The translations under genes were made by a program, and so were the position numbers. The notes beneath the pieces are model-generated. The model made no database searches, had not been told where the DNA came from, and saw only the letters and a list, made by a program, of their open reading frames with translations. From NCBI GenBank assembly GCA_010015585.1, contig ML975156.1: a stretch of DNA of 64,000 nucleotides. One strand, 5' to 3'. Below are positions 48,547 through 61,245 of this stretch, piece after piece; position 1 is the stretch's first letter, and every line of letters begins with the position of its first letter. The stretch is from Eremomyces bilateralis CBS 781.70. Taxonomy: Eukaryota.

Positions 48547-50250
48547 ATGACTACAACCCAGCTCCCCCTCTCGGAGGTCGACTCCTACGACTTCCTCATC
48601 GTCGGAGGCGGCACCGCAGGCTGCGTCATCGCATCCCGCCTCTCCGAATACCTTCCCTCGCGGCGCATCCTCGTTATCGAAGCGGGTCCCTCCGACTATA
48701 TGGACGACCGAGTCCTCCTCCTCAAAGACTGGCTCTCCCTCCTCGGCGGTGAACTCGACTACGACTACGGTACAACTGAGCAGCCCATGGGCAACTCCCA
48801 CATCCGGCACTCGCGCGCCAAGGTGCTCGGCGGCTGCTCCTCACACAACACCCTGATCTCGTTCCGGCCGTTCGAGCACGATTGCCAGCGCTGGGAGGCG
48901 GCGGGGTGCACGGGCTGGAGTTTCCGGACATTCACGCGGGTGCTGGATCGGTTGCGGAATCGGATCCAGCCGGTGCATGAGAGGCATCGGAATCAGTTGT
49001 GTTTGGACTGGGTAGAGTCGTGCTCGACGGCGATGGATATCCCGGTCATTCATGACTTCAATCGCGAGATTAGGAACGATGGGAAGTTGACCGAGGGGGT
49101 CGGGTTCTTTTCCGTAGCATATAATCCGGATGATGGGAGGCGGAGCAGCGCCAGTGTGGCATACATTCACCCTATTTTGAACGAATCGGAAAAGAGGCCG
49201 AATTTGACAGTGTTGACCAATGCGTGGGTCAACAATATTAATGTAGTGGGAGATAAAGTCACGGGTGTCAATCTCACGCTTCAGTCAGGGGAAACGCGTA
49301 CACTAAACGCCAAGTGCGAGACGATTATTTGCTCCGGTGCTGTGGACACTCCGAGATTGCTGATGCTTTCTGGAATTGGACCGGCAGATCATTTGAAAAG
49401 CGTGGGAATTCCGGTTGTGAAGGACATCCCGGGCGTTGGGGAGAACCTCCTCGATCACCCGGAAACGATCATCATCTTCGAGCTCAACAAACCTGTCCCT
49501 CCTAACCAGACGACTATGGATTCTGATGCCGGCATATTCCTACGCCGCGAGAAGCCGAATGCAGCGGGCAAAGATGGCGATGCGGCAGATATGATGATGC
49601 ACTGTTACCAGATCCCCTTCTGTCTGAACACTGCCCGGTATGTCAAACATACCCCCTATTGAAGAACAATAACAACATCACAATAGCAAGGAAAACTGAC
49701 TATTGAACCCAGACTCGGCTACCCCACCCCCATCGACGCCTTCTGCATGACTCCCAACATCCCCCGCCCGCGCTCCCGCGGCCGCATCACCCTCACCTCC
49801 TCCAACCCCACCGACAAACCCGCCCTCGACTTCCGCTACTTCACCGACCCGGAAGGCTATGATGCCGCCACCTTGGTCGCCGGCCTCCGCGCCGCCCGGC
49901 GCATCGCCGCGCAAGCCCCGTTCAAGGACTGGATCGTCTCCGAAGTGGCCCCGGGGCCGAAGGTGCAGACGGATGAGGAACTGAGCGAGTATGCGCGACG
50001 GGTGGCACATACAGTGTATCATCCGGCCGGAACGACGAAGATGGGGGATGTAGCGAAGGATGCGATGGCGGTGGTGGATCCGGAGTTGAGGGTGAGGGGG
50101 TTGAAGGGGGTGAGGGTGGCAGATGCCGGCGTCTTTCCGGAGATGCCGTCAATTAATCCAATGTTGACGGTGTTGGGGGTTGGGGAACGGGCAGCAGAGC
50201 TGATCGCGGAGAGTTGGGGATGGAAGGGGGCGGAGAAGGAGAAGTTGTAG
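48547..50250 (+). CDS. codA: Choline oxidase (GMC oxidoreductase)
   Basis: YDFLIVGGGTAG, IRHSRAKVLGGCSSHNTLISFRP, RSSASVAYIHP, GVGENLLDHPE, AHTVYHPAGT, INPMLTVL. Intron at ~49638-49712. Confidence 0.93.
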
Positions 50251-50407
50251 ATGGGTGCTGGTTTGGGATATGGCGAGTTGTGAATTAGGGCAGCTGGGTG
50301 AGAGGTGGGTGGCATATATCCGCTCGCTCTTGCGTAGCGCTTACTTGCACAAATGAAGTACCTCCTGGAGATCTAGATGTGGTGGAATGGTAATAGAACT
50401 TTCCGTA

Positions 50408-50433
50408 GGTATATCTAGACCTCTAGATATACC
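50408..50433. repeat. Perfect 12-bp inverted repeat between the convergent codA and ARP6 genes
   Basis: GGTATATCTAGA-CC-TCTAGATATACC, starting at the first base after the ARP6 stop codon. Confidence 0.85.
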
Positions 50434-51910
50434 CTAGGCCCCTCGATTAGAAAACTTCCGCAACAACCACCCCGCTCCATTCTCCAAATACTCCTCCCGC
50501 GTCACCACCACATCCTTCAACCCCTCTCCATCTCCCGCCCACCGCGCTCCCCCCATCCACGCAAACTTCACCGGATCCTCCGGCACCCCCACCCTCACCC
50601 CCCACCCCTCTGGCACCAACATCCTCAGTTCCCCACTCAACCGCTCCGCAAACCCCGCCATCTTCGCATTCCCCCCCATGACTACCACATTCGCAAGGCA
50701 CCCCGCCGCGATGGCCTGTGGCACATTCTCCAGACACCGCATCGCGACGTCCGGCAGCCCCGCCTCCTGCAACCCGATATCCGTCGGCCGAAACAGCAGC
50801 TCCGGCACAGCGAACTTCTCGTTCCCGATCGGCAGCACATACTCCCTCGGGCCGGCAGGGCCGCCCAGCAGATTCCGGCGCTTCGCACTGGCGCTGGGGT
50901 CGTGCTCTCTGCAGACGATCTCCGACCGGGTGGAGTAATCTGGGAGGACGACGTCGACGATGGCGGTCGGGTCCGCGGCCTTCCAGTTGCGGTCGAGCTG
51001 GGTGGAGAAGTCGGCAGGGGAGACTGCGAGGTGGCACAGGCATTCTTTGATGGCGTTGACGAGGTGGAGCTCGTCGATCATGCTAAAGTTGCGGATGGAG
51101 AGGGATTCTTTGAGGAGGTTGGTGAGGAGCTTGCCGCCGATGTCGAGGCGGCGACAAGAGGATTGGAGGGGAGCGTGGGTGAGGAGGGGGGTGAGGAGGG
51201 TGTGGGAGTAGCCAGAGTCGATGAGGAGGAGGGGTTGGGTCCCGGAAGGAGGGGGTGAAGGGGTGGAGGGAGAGGGAGAGGGGGAGGGGAAGAGGGACTG
51301 GATATCATTGTGAGAGGCGAGGATGGATGCTGGAAATCGTCAATAGAGATTCGGTAGACTAATCGAGGAGTTTTGGATTTGGGGAGTTGTACCCAGAGTG
51401 CGGTGATACGCTGCGAACTCGAATTCTTCGAAAACGATCTGATCGCAATTGGTTTGCAGCGCCTGTGGACAATTCGACGCCTCCGTCAATATTAAATTCG
51501 TCTCATGTGGGTCGACCTGTCCTCCAGTTAGCATCGAAATATTCAAATCTATCGAATTTATTCTACTTTCAATCAGAAATATACGGAATTGGTCGACCTA
51601 CCGGGACATCCGCTCTCGCCCCGAAAAAACTCTCCTCCCAAACCGCCCGCTCGCTCTCCCAATTTACGACGAACCCCTTCTCCACCGGCCGCCGGAATTG
51701 CATCTCCCCATAGTCTTCCGCATCGTGCAGACGGGAGCCGACATAGGTTTTCTTCTCGCGCGACCGCGCGATGCAGTTCGGGATGATTTGGCAGTCTTGG
51801 AGCGATGGGCTGGCGGAGGCGTAGCCGGCTTTGATGGTATAGCCGCCGTTGTCGACGACGAGAGTTTTGGGGGCGATGGTCCGCGGTGGAGGGGCGGCAC
51901 GGCGAGGCAT
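50434..51910 (-). CDS. ARP6: Actin-related protein 6 (SWR1 complex)
   Basis: TLVVDNGGYTIKAG, IIPNCIARSR, FRRPVEKGFVVNW, QIVFEEFEF, LIDSGYSHT, RLDIGGKLLTNLLKE, NEKFAVPELLFRPTDIG, VTREEYLENG. Two introns. Confidence 0.93.
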
Positions 51911-52194
51911 GGGAGAGATTTTAGTTGGGACGGTTATGGAATTATTCGGATTCGTTATATACTGTTTCGTTGCGTTGTCATAAAAGTTGTATGTATTTAC
52001 TAAATTTTGATGGCCGTGGTAACTAAGCATTATCACAACTGATGAACTGAAGAAATATATCAAAATCCCCCACGAAATATATTTGGGGTGGAAGAGGATA
52101 TTAAACAATCTGCCAGCACTCCTATAAAACCAAAATTTATAAAAATATTAAAGACTTACTGCAGCAAGATCAAGTAGTGAATAAGAAAATCTCA

Positions 52195-53690
52195 TCAGTA
52201 AACCCATCCCCACCTTGGCTGCTTCGCTGTCGCGACCTTCATCCTCTCCATCTCCCTCGACTGCGCCAGCAGCATTGAACACAGTTCCTTCGCCCTCAAT
52301 ACCTGCAAATCCTGATCCTCATACCACACCCAATTCAACCTAGTCCTCAAATCAATCCCTATGCTCTCCAAGTCGTCCCCATCCGGGCCCTCAAGCCGAT
52401 AGACATCACCCACCTCCCTACTCGTCCTCACGACCTTTTGTGACCGTGGTCGGCGCATCGCGTCATATGCCTGGAAGGCAGCTGGGAGGTCTGCCGGGCG
52501 CTTTACGTCAAGCGAGGAAAGGACCTCCGCAAGGACCAACGCGTCTTCGATGGCTTGACCGGCGCCAGCACCTTGGTGGGGTAGCGAGGCGTGGGCGGCG
52601 TCACCGATGAGGACGAGATGGTCTTTACAATAGGTAGAGAGGGGCTTGTCGGCACTATCCCAGAGAGACCAGAGGTCGACGGACTGGTCTTTCATTGCCT
52701 GGAATGGTAGCGTTAGCGAAGTTCAGGGAGTGCGAGACATGTTGTAATGCACACCTTGAGCAAGTTCTGAACATGTGGACCCCATTGTGAGAATGTCCCC
52801 TGGACGCGCTCGAATGGAACGTTTTTAATAGCCCACGCTTCACTATCCCAGCTATCCTGCTGGGTGCAGGCGACGACGTTCATCATGGCCCCTCGATCGA
52901 TTGGATAGGTGAGAATATGACCGCCTGGGCCGATATACATTTCGCTAGTAGTAGCAAGCTCCTTGCCCATGGCATCCACAGCAATATGCATGGGAACAAG
53001 TGCACGATAGCAAACCGTTCGCGTGAATGATAGGTAGTCGAGGTGAGAGTTACCTCCGAACGCGAGTTGGCGAAGGGAACTTCGAATGCCATCTGCTCCG
53101 ACAACCGCATTGGCAAAAGAGTTTGTGCCGTCCTCAAAGACGAGATTCATCAAGCCACTGGCTAGCTTCTCAACTCCGGTGAGGCGCTTATTGAAGTGAC
53201 AGAGCTCCTTCGGGATTTGCTCGACAAGTTTGTCCATGAATGGAGCCCGTCTTGAGCCGCATATACCTGTCCGAGTCTTGTCTCGTGTCTTGACTGGGGC
53301 AACGAGAGTCGGATCCCCATACCCTAGTCGAAAGTTGATCCAAGTTCTCTCGATATCATCATCTCCTTCCGTTGGATCCTCAGTTGCCAGCTCCTTGAAT
53401 GCCTTCAAGATCGTGGGATCGATCATGCCCATTGCTCTCAGGCTGTTTGGTCCGAAGCCCACTCCGAGACCAATCTCTTTAAACTCCGACGCCTGTTCAT
53501 AGACTTGAAAAGAAACCCCACGCCTGAGAAGGGCGATGGCAAGACAGAGTCCGCCTATCCCTCCGCCAACAATGGCGATTGTGAATGGTGGTTGGACAAC
53601 ATCTGCCGATCCTTGCTTCTCGATTGCTTCCCACCAACTCTCGAACTTGCCTGGAATAGGCATAAGAAGACTAACAGGACGGTTCGACAT
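52195..53690 (-). CDS. FAD-dependent monooxygenase, salicylate hydroxylase / 6-methylsalicylate decarboxylating hydroxylase (AtA/NahG)-like
   Basis: IAIVGGGIGG, EIGLGVGFGPNS, VGADGIRS, GHILTYPI, LIGDAAHASLPHQGAGAGQAIEDA, AFQAYDAMRRPRSQKVV. One intron at ~52755-52700. Confidence 0.88.
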
Positions 53691-55542
53691 GCCGTATGAG
53701 AATTATACTGGACGTAAGGAATATGCCAAGAAAACGAAACAGTGAGTTCTATGACAAGTAAACTGGAAACGATGCGTCTGCCTAACTTACGCCTACCTTC
53801 TGCATCCCTAATATTTAATAGATCCCTTCAAGCTAAGTGGGACTTCGGATACCAAGCCTTTCTGACTCTTCAAGAGTTTTGTTCCTTGTACGATAGCTGA
53901 GATCGCCTAAGACGGGCGTTCTGGTCGATGTCCGCCGCAGATCGGGTATGCATTCTGCCAATCGATCTTAAAACCTACCCAAGGACTTTCTCGATGAAGT
54001 ATTCATCACCTCGAATTCAGACGCCAACCTGAGAATACGAAGCGAATGCATGACCTCACCTGAAGACAGAGGGTTCGGAGAAGGCGATTGTACTCCCTTC
54101 TATGTAATCGGCACATCCAGATTGTCCCACGGTGACATCTGGTGCGCCCCTTCGGCATGGCATTGGCTCCCAAAATAGTGCCTACATCGGCACGCACAGT
54201 GATTGCCTCGTGGTAGAGCAGGGAAACATCCCATCGTAACTTCCATTGTGGTGTTGTGCTGTGTTAATGGTTACAGGAGTTAAGGAAAAGCGCCAGAGGT
54301 TCGCGCCGAGAGATTGGAAGGTCTAAGCGGACAGCAATTCCGTCCACCCATGTTCCGCTCCTCCTCAATAACTTCACCTCCTTCATCGCTATTCGGGCCA
54401 ACGTAGTACGTGTCGTCGATTATGTTTCGAATATTCAATATGAGGGCAAGATGCGTGTCTGACCCACAATGCCGTACGGTATCCCAGAATATCTACCATA
54501 CTGGACCGGCGGACACGGAACGGACTGTGGCTTTCACGTCATCACAGTTCTATACCCCGATCGCTGGAACAAAACCTATGGTGCTCATGCTTCTTACTCA
54601 GTCGCTATATCGCCCTCAGCTTGTTAATCGGAAGAGATTGGGAATGTTTATCCGTCCCAATGACGGCTGGCCGCAATTTGTCGCGTTTCACGGTCTGGTG
54701 TCACGTTGACAGACAGCTACGAGTCCGAAGCTGATTATGTTATGGAACCCTCGGCCGAGTCAATAATCGATATCAGCACTGTCAGGCTAATTTATCGCCA
54801 TTTTATGGAGACCGCTTATACGATGTTACTTCGAGAGCTTTACGAAAGCCATTGTTAACTTCTAGACTCGCTGCCAAGTTTCACCTGTACAACCATGACG
54901 ACAGGACCGTCCGAGATGAGTCAGGAACTCAGCACGCATAGTGAGCGTCATTCACTTGACCGCAAGAGATCAATTTCTTGTATCGCGGGCCTTCGGAAAG
55001 ATGGCTGACCGCCCGTAAGACACACTCCTCCCGCAGAGGGAGATCCAGGGCGGTCTATCAGTCTCACCGCGATGTATATTGCGACTCCGATCGACCGCTC
55101 ACCCCAAAGTGATACGTTCCACATGCCGTACAGGCTTGTCGAAGTGGGGGATATCTTCTGTTCCTAGAACTTGCAATGCTGCCTTCTGGCTGAATGGCTC
55201 TCGTCACTGCCTCCATTCGGTATAGTGACCCCGATTGGATATCTGACTCTCCCTAGCTATCGATCGCGGAGAGGCCAACAGATTACGGTGTCCGATTGTA
55301 GATGCAGGCAATATATTCCATGACGTATAGACAGACAGCTGAAATATGATCAGTTTGGAGTTACGGGATATACGATGTTAAAAGGGATAAGTATGATCAG
55401 GTCCCATCGTTCAGAGTCTGTCTCGTACTGGCCAAGCCATCCTTCTATTTCATCCTCTGTGGCCCTTTTCTTCGATAGTATAATTTACCTATTTCATTCG
55501 CATGATTACTTTTCACACTCCACGCTCCAGCCATAACACGAA
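53691..55542. promoter_or_regulatory. Divergent intergenic/promoter region shared by the monooxygenase and the PKS
   Basis: Head-to-head start codons at 53690 (-) and 55543 (+), with no credible ORF between them. Confidence 0.6.
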
Positions 55543-58500
55543 ATGGCACCTTTCTTAGATGGTAAGTGCTATCCTTTATGACTACATGTTCTCCAAGTCT
55601 AACGACAATCCAGCCCATAATTGCCCCTCTGCTGGGTCAGTATCATCATTCGATGATCTTAGCCCAACTCCTCCCGCCATAGAAATCAATGGTCTTCGGG
55701 ACACCGACGATATTGCTGTTGTCGGGATGGCATGTCGCCTTCCTGGAAAGATCAACTCCGCCGAGGACTTATGGACCGCGTTGCTGAACAAGAAGGTTGC
55801 TTCGTCAACCCTCGACCCATCAAGATGGGAGCCATATCATAGAAGAGATGCAAGGAATTCTAAGGTACTTTTACCAACAACTGTTCGATGACGGTGACGC
55901 TAATGAATTATAGATTCTGAATGAGACGACTCAGAAGGGCTATTTCCTGGATAACGTTCAAGACTTCGACGCGTCATTCTTCGGAATCTCACCCAAAGAG
56001 GCCGTCCTAATGGATCCGCAGCAGCGGATTTCTCTGGAGGTGGCATGGGAGGCGCTTGAGGACGCTGGAATTCCCCCGCAGAGTCTCGCCGGGTCGAACA
56101 CCGCCTGCTTTATGGGCGTTAACAGCGATGACTACGGGAAGCTCGTCCTGGAAGATCTCCCTGGAGTTGAAGCCTGGATGGGTATCGGAACCGCATATTG
56201 CGGTGTGCCAAACCGTATCTCCTACCTGCTGGATCTTCGTGGTCCCTCTACTGCTGTCGATGCGGCTTGCGCATCCTCCCTGGTCGCCATCCATCACGGC
56301 GCCCAATCTTTGAAATTGAGAGAGTCCGACGTTGCCATTGTAGGCGGGGTCAACGCACTGTGTGGTCCAGGTCTTACCCGGGTTTTGGACAAGGCCGGCG
56401 CCATTTCAAAAGATGGTATCTGCAAATCGTTCGACGATTCCGCTAATGGATACGGTCGCGGAGAGGGCGCTGCAATCGTGGTCCTGAAACGATACCACGA
56501 CGCGATCCGCAGCAATGACCGAATTTACGCCGTCCTCAAGGGTTCCGCTGTCGGCCAGGATGGCAAGACCAACGGGATCATGGCCCCTAATGGTGCTGCT
56601 CAGCAAGTCGTGGCACGAAAAGCTCTTGGCACTGTTGATCCGCTCAGTATTCAATACGTCGAAGCTCATGCTACCTCCACATCTGTCGGCGACCCTGTCG
56701 AGATCGGGGCCATGTCCGGAGTTTATGGTCAGGGACGTCCTGCTGATGCTCCCTGCTACGTCGGTAGTGTCAAAGCCAACGTTGGGCATCTCGAGGCTGG
56801 TGCTGGTGGTGTTGGGTTCATGAAAGCTGTCACTGCCATGTGCAAAGGTAGCATACCACCCCAAGCCAATCTCGTCACGCCGAATACGAAGATTGACTGG
56901 GACACTGCTGGTCTCAAAGTATCAGTCGAGCAGTTGGAATGGCCTCAGGTTGCTGGCAAGAGACGAGCAGCCATAAGCTCTTATGGGTATGGTGGTACTG
57001 TTTCCCATGCGGTCATCGAGGAAGGGCCAGCGATGCGCGATCGCCTCCTGGTTTCCGAGGGCTCATTTCCAACGGTGTTCCTGCTCACTGCCCCGCAAGA
57101 AAAACGAATTGCGATCGAAGCCGCTAGCCTGGCGGACTTCATCTCCGACGCCGGGACTCGGCACTCTGCATCCTCTATCGGAGCCACCCTTGCTACTCGG
57201 CGCGGTTTCCACGACTTCCGTGCCGGTCTCATCATCGAGGACAAAGAGCAACGTGATACCCTTCTCCGCTCACTTGCTACTAGAAAAGGCCATAACCAGA
57301 TCGTCTCCAACCGTGCCAATGCCAAGGATGCGACTAAAGTCGTTTGGCTCTTCTCCGGCCATGGTGCTCAATGGCCAGACATGGGCACAGAGTTGCTCGC
57401 TCACGAACCAGTCTTCCGAACCGCTGTGCAGGACCTCGACACGGTTGTGGCCGAGATTGCCGGCTTTTCGCCGGTTAAAGCTCTTCGAACCAAGGACTTC
57501 GCCTCTTCGGATCGTGTCCAGGTCCTTACCTATGTCGTACAAGTCGGTCTGACTGCTCTGCTGCAGTCCAAGGGTAGCCGAGCAGATGCGATCATTGGCC
57601 ACTCAGTTGGCGAAATAGCAGCTGCCGTGGCTGCTGGGGCGTTATCTCCGACTAAAGGTGCCGTCGTAGTCTGCAAGCGTGCTGTCCTCTATCGACGCCT
57701 CATGGGACAAGGGGCGATGGTCCTCGTCACTTTGTCCTTCGAAGAAGCTGGAAAACTTCTGAGAGACGAGAAGAATGCCTACCCGGCCATAGATGCCTCG
57801 CCAAACTCATGTGTCGTGTCTGGCACAATTGAAGCAATCGACCGCTTCTCCGCAACCTGCAAAGAGCAGGGCATCAAAGCTCTCAAAGTCAACTCCGACG
57901 TGGCTTTCCACACCCCTCTCCTTGCTTCGCTTGCCGATCCTCTTCAGAAAGAGCTGGCTGATATTGAGCCCTGCGTACCGACCATACCTCTATACTCGAC
58001 CTCCGCGGTGGACAGCCGCCAGCAAATTCCACGAGATGCCGCTTATTGGATTTACAATATGATGATGCCAGTCCAGCTCACCAACGCTGTCCGCGCTGCT
58101 GTTCAAGATGGTTACCGCCTCTTCCTCGAGGTATCTGCTCACCCCATAATCGCCAACTCAGTCAACGAGACCATCATGGATATGGACATTGAAGATGCCA
58201 ACGTCTTCCCAACCATGCTACGCAACAAGCCGGTCCGTACCACGATCCTCAAAGGACTTGTCAGCCTTTGGTCTAAGGGGGCAAACGTCCACTGGGACAA
58301 TTTTTTCAGTGGCGTCAAGTGGGCTGATGACGTCCCGAAGACTCAATGGCAGCACAAGCCGTACTATCAGGAAGTAGGAGCTGGAACCACATCTAAAGGC
58401 CTTTTCCACGACGTTACCCATCACGCCCTACTCGGTCACAAGATCAATGTTGCTGGTGGAGACCAGACAATCTTCAGCACTCAGCTCGACAACAATTCGA

Positions 58501-60989
58501 AGCCGTTCCCTGGTAGCCATCCGCTTCATGGCACTGAGATTGTTCCTGCCGCGGTTCTCTTTAATACTTTCCTCCACGCTACTAGTGCTGGGCATCTCTC
58601 TGACATCCATCTTCGAGTGCCTGTAGCCATCAGTGCACCTCGTGACCTTCAAGTCATCTTCGAACCTGGTTCCGTGAAGATCATGTCTCGTTTGGTCGGC
58701 TGCGCAGAAAAGGATGACGTGAACAACTCCTGGCTTACACACACCACTGCAACCCCAAGCGCAGAGCGTATCTTTGTCGGAGAGCAGATTGACATCACCG
58801 CGACTCAGTCCAGAATTGGCAAAGAATTGCCAACAAACTTCACGGTTGACTATCTTGAGAAGGTTGGTGTTCCGCTTATGGGCTTTCCGTGGACCGTCAC
58901 TCACCACGTCGGTACCACCTCTGAGATGCTTGCTCGAGTCGATGTCTGTCCAGATATTTCGGACGATGCTGTCTTCCCTTGGGATGCGAACTCCTGGGCC
59001 CCCGTTTTCGATGCCGCCACTTCGATCGGTTCTACCCTCTTCTTCAATGAGCCTCGTCTCCGCATGCCAGCTTTCGTTGACCGGGTTGCTATCCGTGAGG
59101 GCGCAATCGCTCCCAAGATCGCGTATATCCATGTCACCCTTCCTGATCAGGAGACAGAACTTGCTTGCGACGTCACTGTTCGCGATGAGTCCGGCAAAGC
59201 GCTTGCGAAATTTTTCTGTATGCGTTTCTCCGAGATCGAAGGCACTCCAGGGGCTATCATCAGCTCGGAGGGCCTCATCCACCAAGTTTCTTGGCTACCT
59301 GCTTCTATGCAGGACAAAGCTTTGCCGTTGGATAAGGTGATTATCCTTGGACAGGCATCTAGCACTCTGACGAGGAAGTACACAAAACATCTCACCAAAC
59401 GTGGCATCCCTTCCCAGATCCTCGCTCCGAAGCACCTCACTCCGTCGATTCTAGAGGGCAGCACTGAAGGAACTGTCGTCGTACACATTCCTCCGCCGGT
59501 AACTCCAGCCTACGACATTACTTCCAGTGCAAACATGAATTGCATTGAACTCCTGGATATCGTTCAGCTTGTCTGTGGTGTCAACAGCCCAGCCAGGATC
59601 TACACCGTCACCGAGAACATCCTGAAGGGCGAGTCGAAGACTGCTCTTGCCCAGTCCCCACTGGTCGGCTTGAGTCGTATCATCGCATCGGAGCTACCTA
59701 AAAACTGGGGCGCTCTCATCGACGTCGACTCGAACAGCTTTCCCTTCCAGGTTATCAAACATGTTATTGGGGCTGATGTTGTCAAAGTTAAAGATGCCGT
59801 CGCCCGCGTCGCACGCCTCACTGCGCTACCGAAGACTAAGTCTGACTTCGATCAAGGCCTTAAACCACGACCAGAAGGCACTTACCTCATCACTGGCGGA
59901 TTTGGCTCGCTTGGCTTAGAGGTCGCTTCCCACCTCATCGACCAAGGCGCTAAACGTATTGTTCTACTTTCCCGCCGTACCCTTCCACCGCGACGGCAAT
60001 GGTCAAACATCCAAGGCGACATGGTGCAAGTCATCGACAAGATCAAATTCTTTGAAGAGAGGGGCGCCTGCATCTATACCGTTGCGCTTGATATTTCCGC
60101 GTCTGGGTCCTCTCGTGCCCTACTTGACAAGCTTGACAACCTCAACTTACCCCCTGTTCTTGGCGTCATCCACGCTGCTGGCGTCCTGGAGGACCAATTT
60201 GTCCTCAACGCCACGCCTGAAGAGTTCAAGAAAGTCATAACGCCAAAGATTGCTGGTGCAATGAATCTGCACGAGGCTTTCCCACCGACTACCATTGACT
60301 TCTTCAATATGTTCTCCTCCTGCGGTCAACTTTTCGGCTTCCCCGGCCAAGCATCTTATGCCTCTGGCAACGCATTCCTCGACGCTCTTGCTGAGCACCG
60401 TCGCCGACTTGGAGACAACGCTGTTGCCATCCAGTGGACTAGCTGGCGCGGTGTCGGTGGTATGGGCGACAATGAGTTTGTCGAGGCCGAATTGGACAGC
60501 CGTGGTTTCACCAGCATCACCCGCACTGAGGCATTCCAAGCCTGGGACGAAATCTCCGGTCGAGACTGCGCAACTGCTACAGTTCTTCGCTCGCGTGTCC
60601 TGGACGCGGATGAGATCCTTCCAGTCCCGATCTTGGAGCACATTGCCATCCGTCGAGAGGATCCTCAAACTTCCGGGGCTGCGGAAGCTTCGTCGACGAG
60701 TGCGAATAGCAATGGCGCTCCATCGCTTCCACCGCCTGGTCCTGAGCGGAACGTGTACCTTACCACTGCAATTGCCGGCTGTGTGGCATCCGTGTTGCAA
60801 CTTGCCGGTGCAGATGAGGTCGATCCCAAGGCAGCATTGTCGGATTTGGGTATGGATTCGGTCATGACTGTTGCCTTTAGGAAGCAGCTGCAGCAAAATC
60901 TGAAGGTGAAAGTGCCACCAACTCTGGTTTGGGGACATCCTACGGTCTCCCACCTGGTTCGTTGGTTCGGGGAGCAGCTAGGCGCTTGA
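55543..60989 (+). CDS. MSAS: Partially reducing iterative type I PKS, 6-methylsalicylic acid synthase type (KS-AT-TH-KR-ACP)
   Basis: VVGMACRLPG; KS DAACASSL, EAHATST, GHLEAGAG; AT GHSVGE, VAFH; TH KPFPGSHPLHGTEIVPAA; KR LITGGFGSLG, FSSCGQLFGFPGQASYASGN; ACP LGMDSV. About 1780 aa, with no ER, MT or TE domain. Two 5' introns (~55562-55613, ~55865-55913). Confidence 0.95.
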
Positions 60990-61207
60990 CTGCGTTAAAA
61001 GTCTACTTTAATGCCCCTTTTTTCTTTTGTTCCAATATTAGGCTCATTCTTCTTTTGATATTGGGTGTGGAGTCTATGGGCTTTGATTGGATATTTTCTT
61101 TGATTTTGTTCATATCTTTCGACTTTTCTTCTAGAGTATGCCATTCTACAGCAATAACGACAAATGATCGAACAATTTATACAATTATTAACGGTTATTA
61201 CTTCAAC

Positions 61208-61245
61208 TATCTTCTACCATCAATATATCTTCTACCATCAATATA
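61208..61245. repeat. 18-bp tandem duplication downstream of the PKS
   Basis: TATCTTCTACCATCAATA occurs twice. Confidence 0.9.

Noticed and set aside
48547..50250. GMC oxidoreductase as a member of the PKS cluster (like AtC or PatE)
   Set aside because: Its motifs match choline oxidase, and the housekeeping gene ARP6 separates it from the cluster.
53691..55542. Scattered CGG-containing words as a cluster-specific transcription factor motif
   Set aside because: No consistent spacing or repeated consensus could be established by eye.
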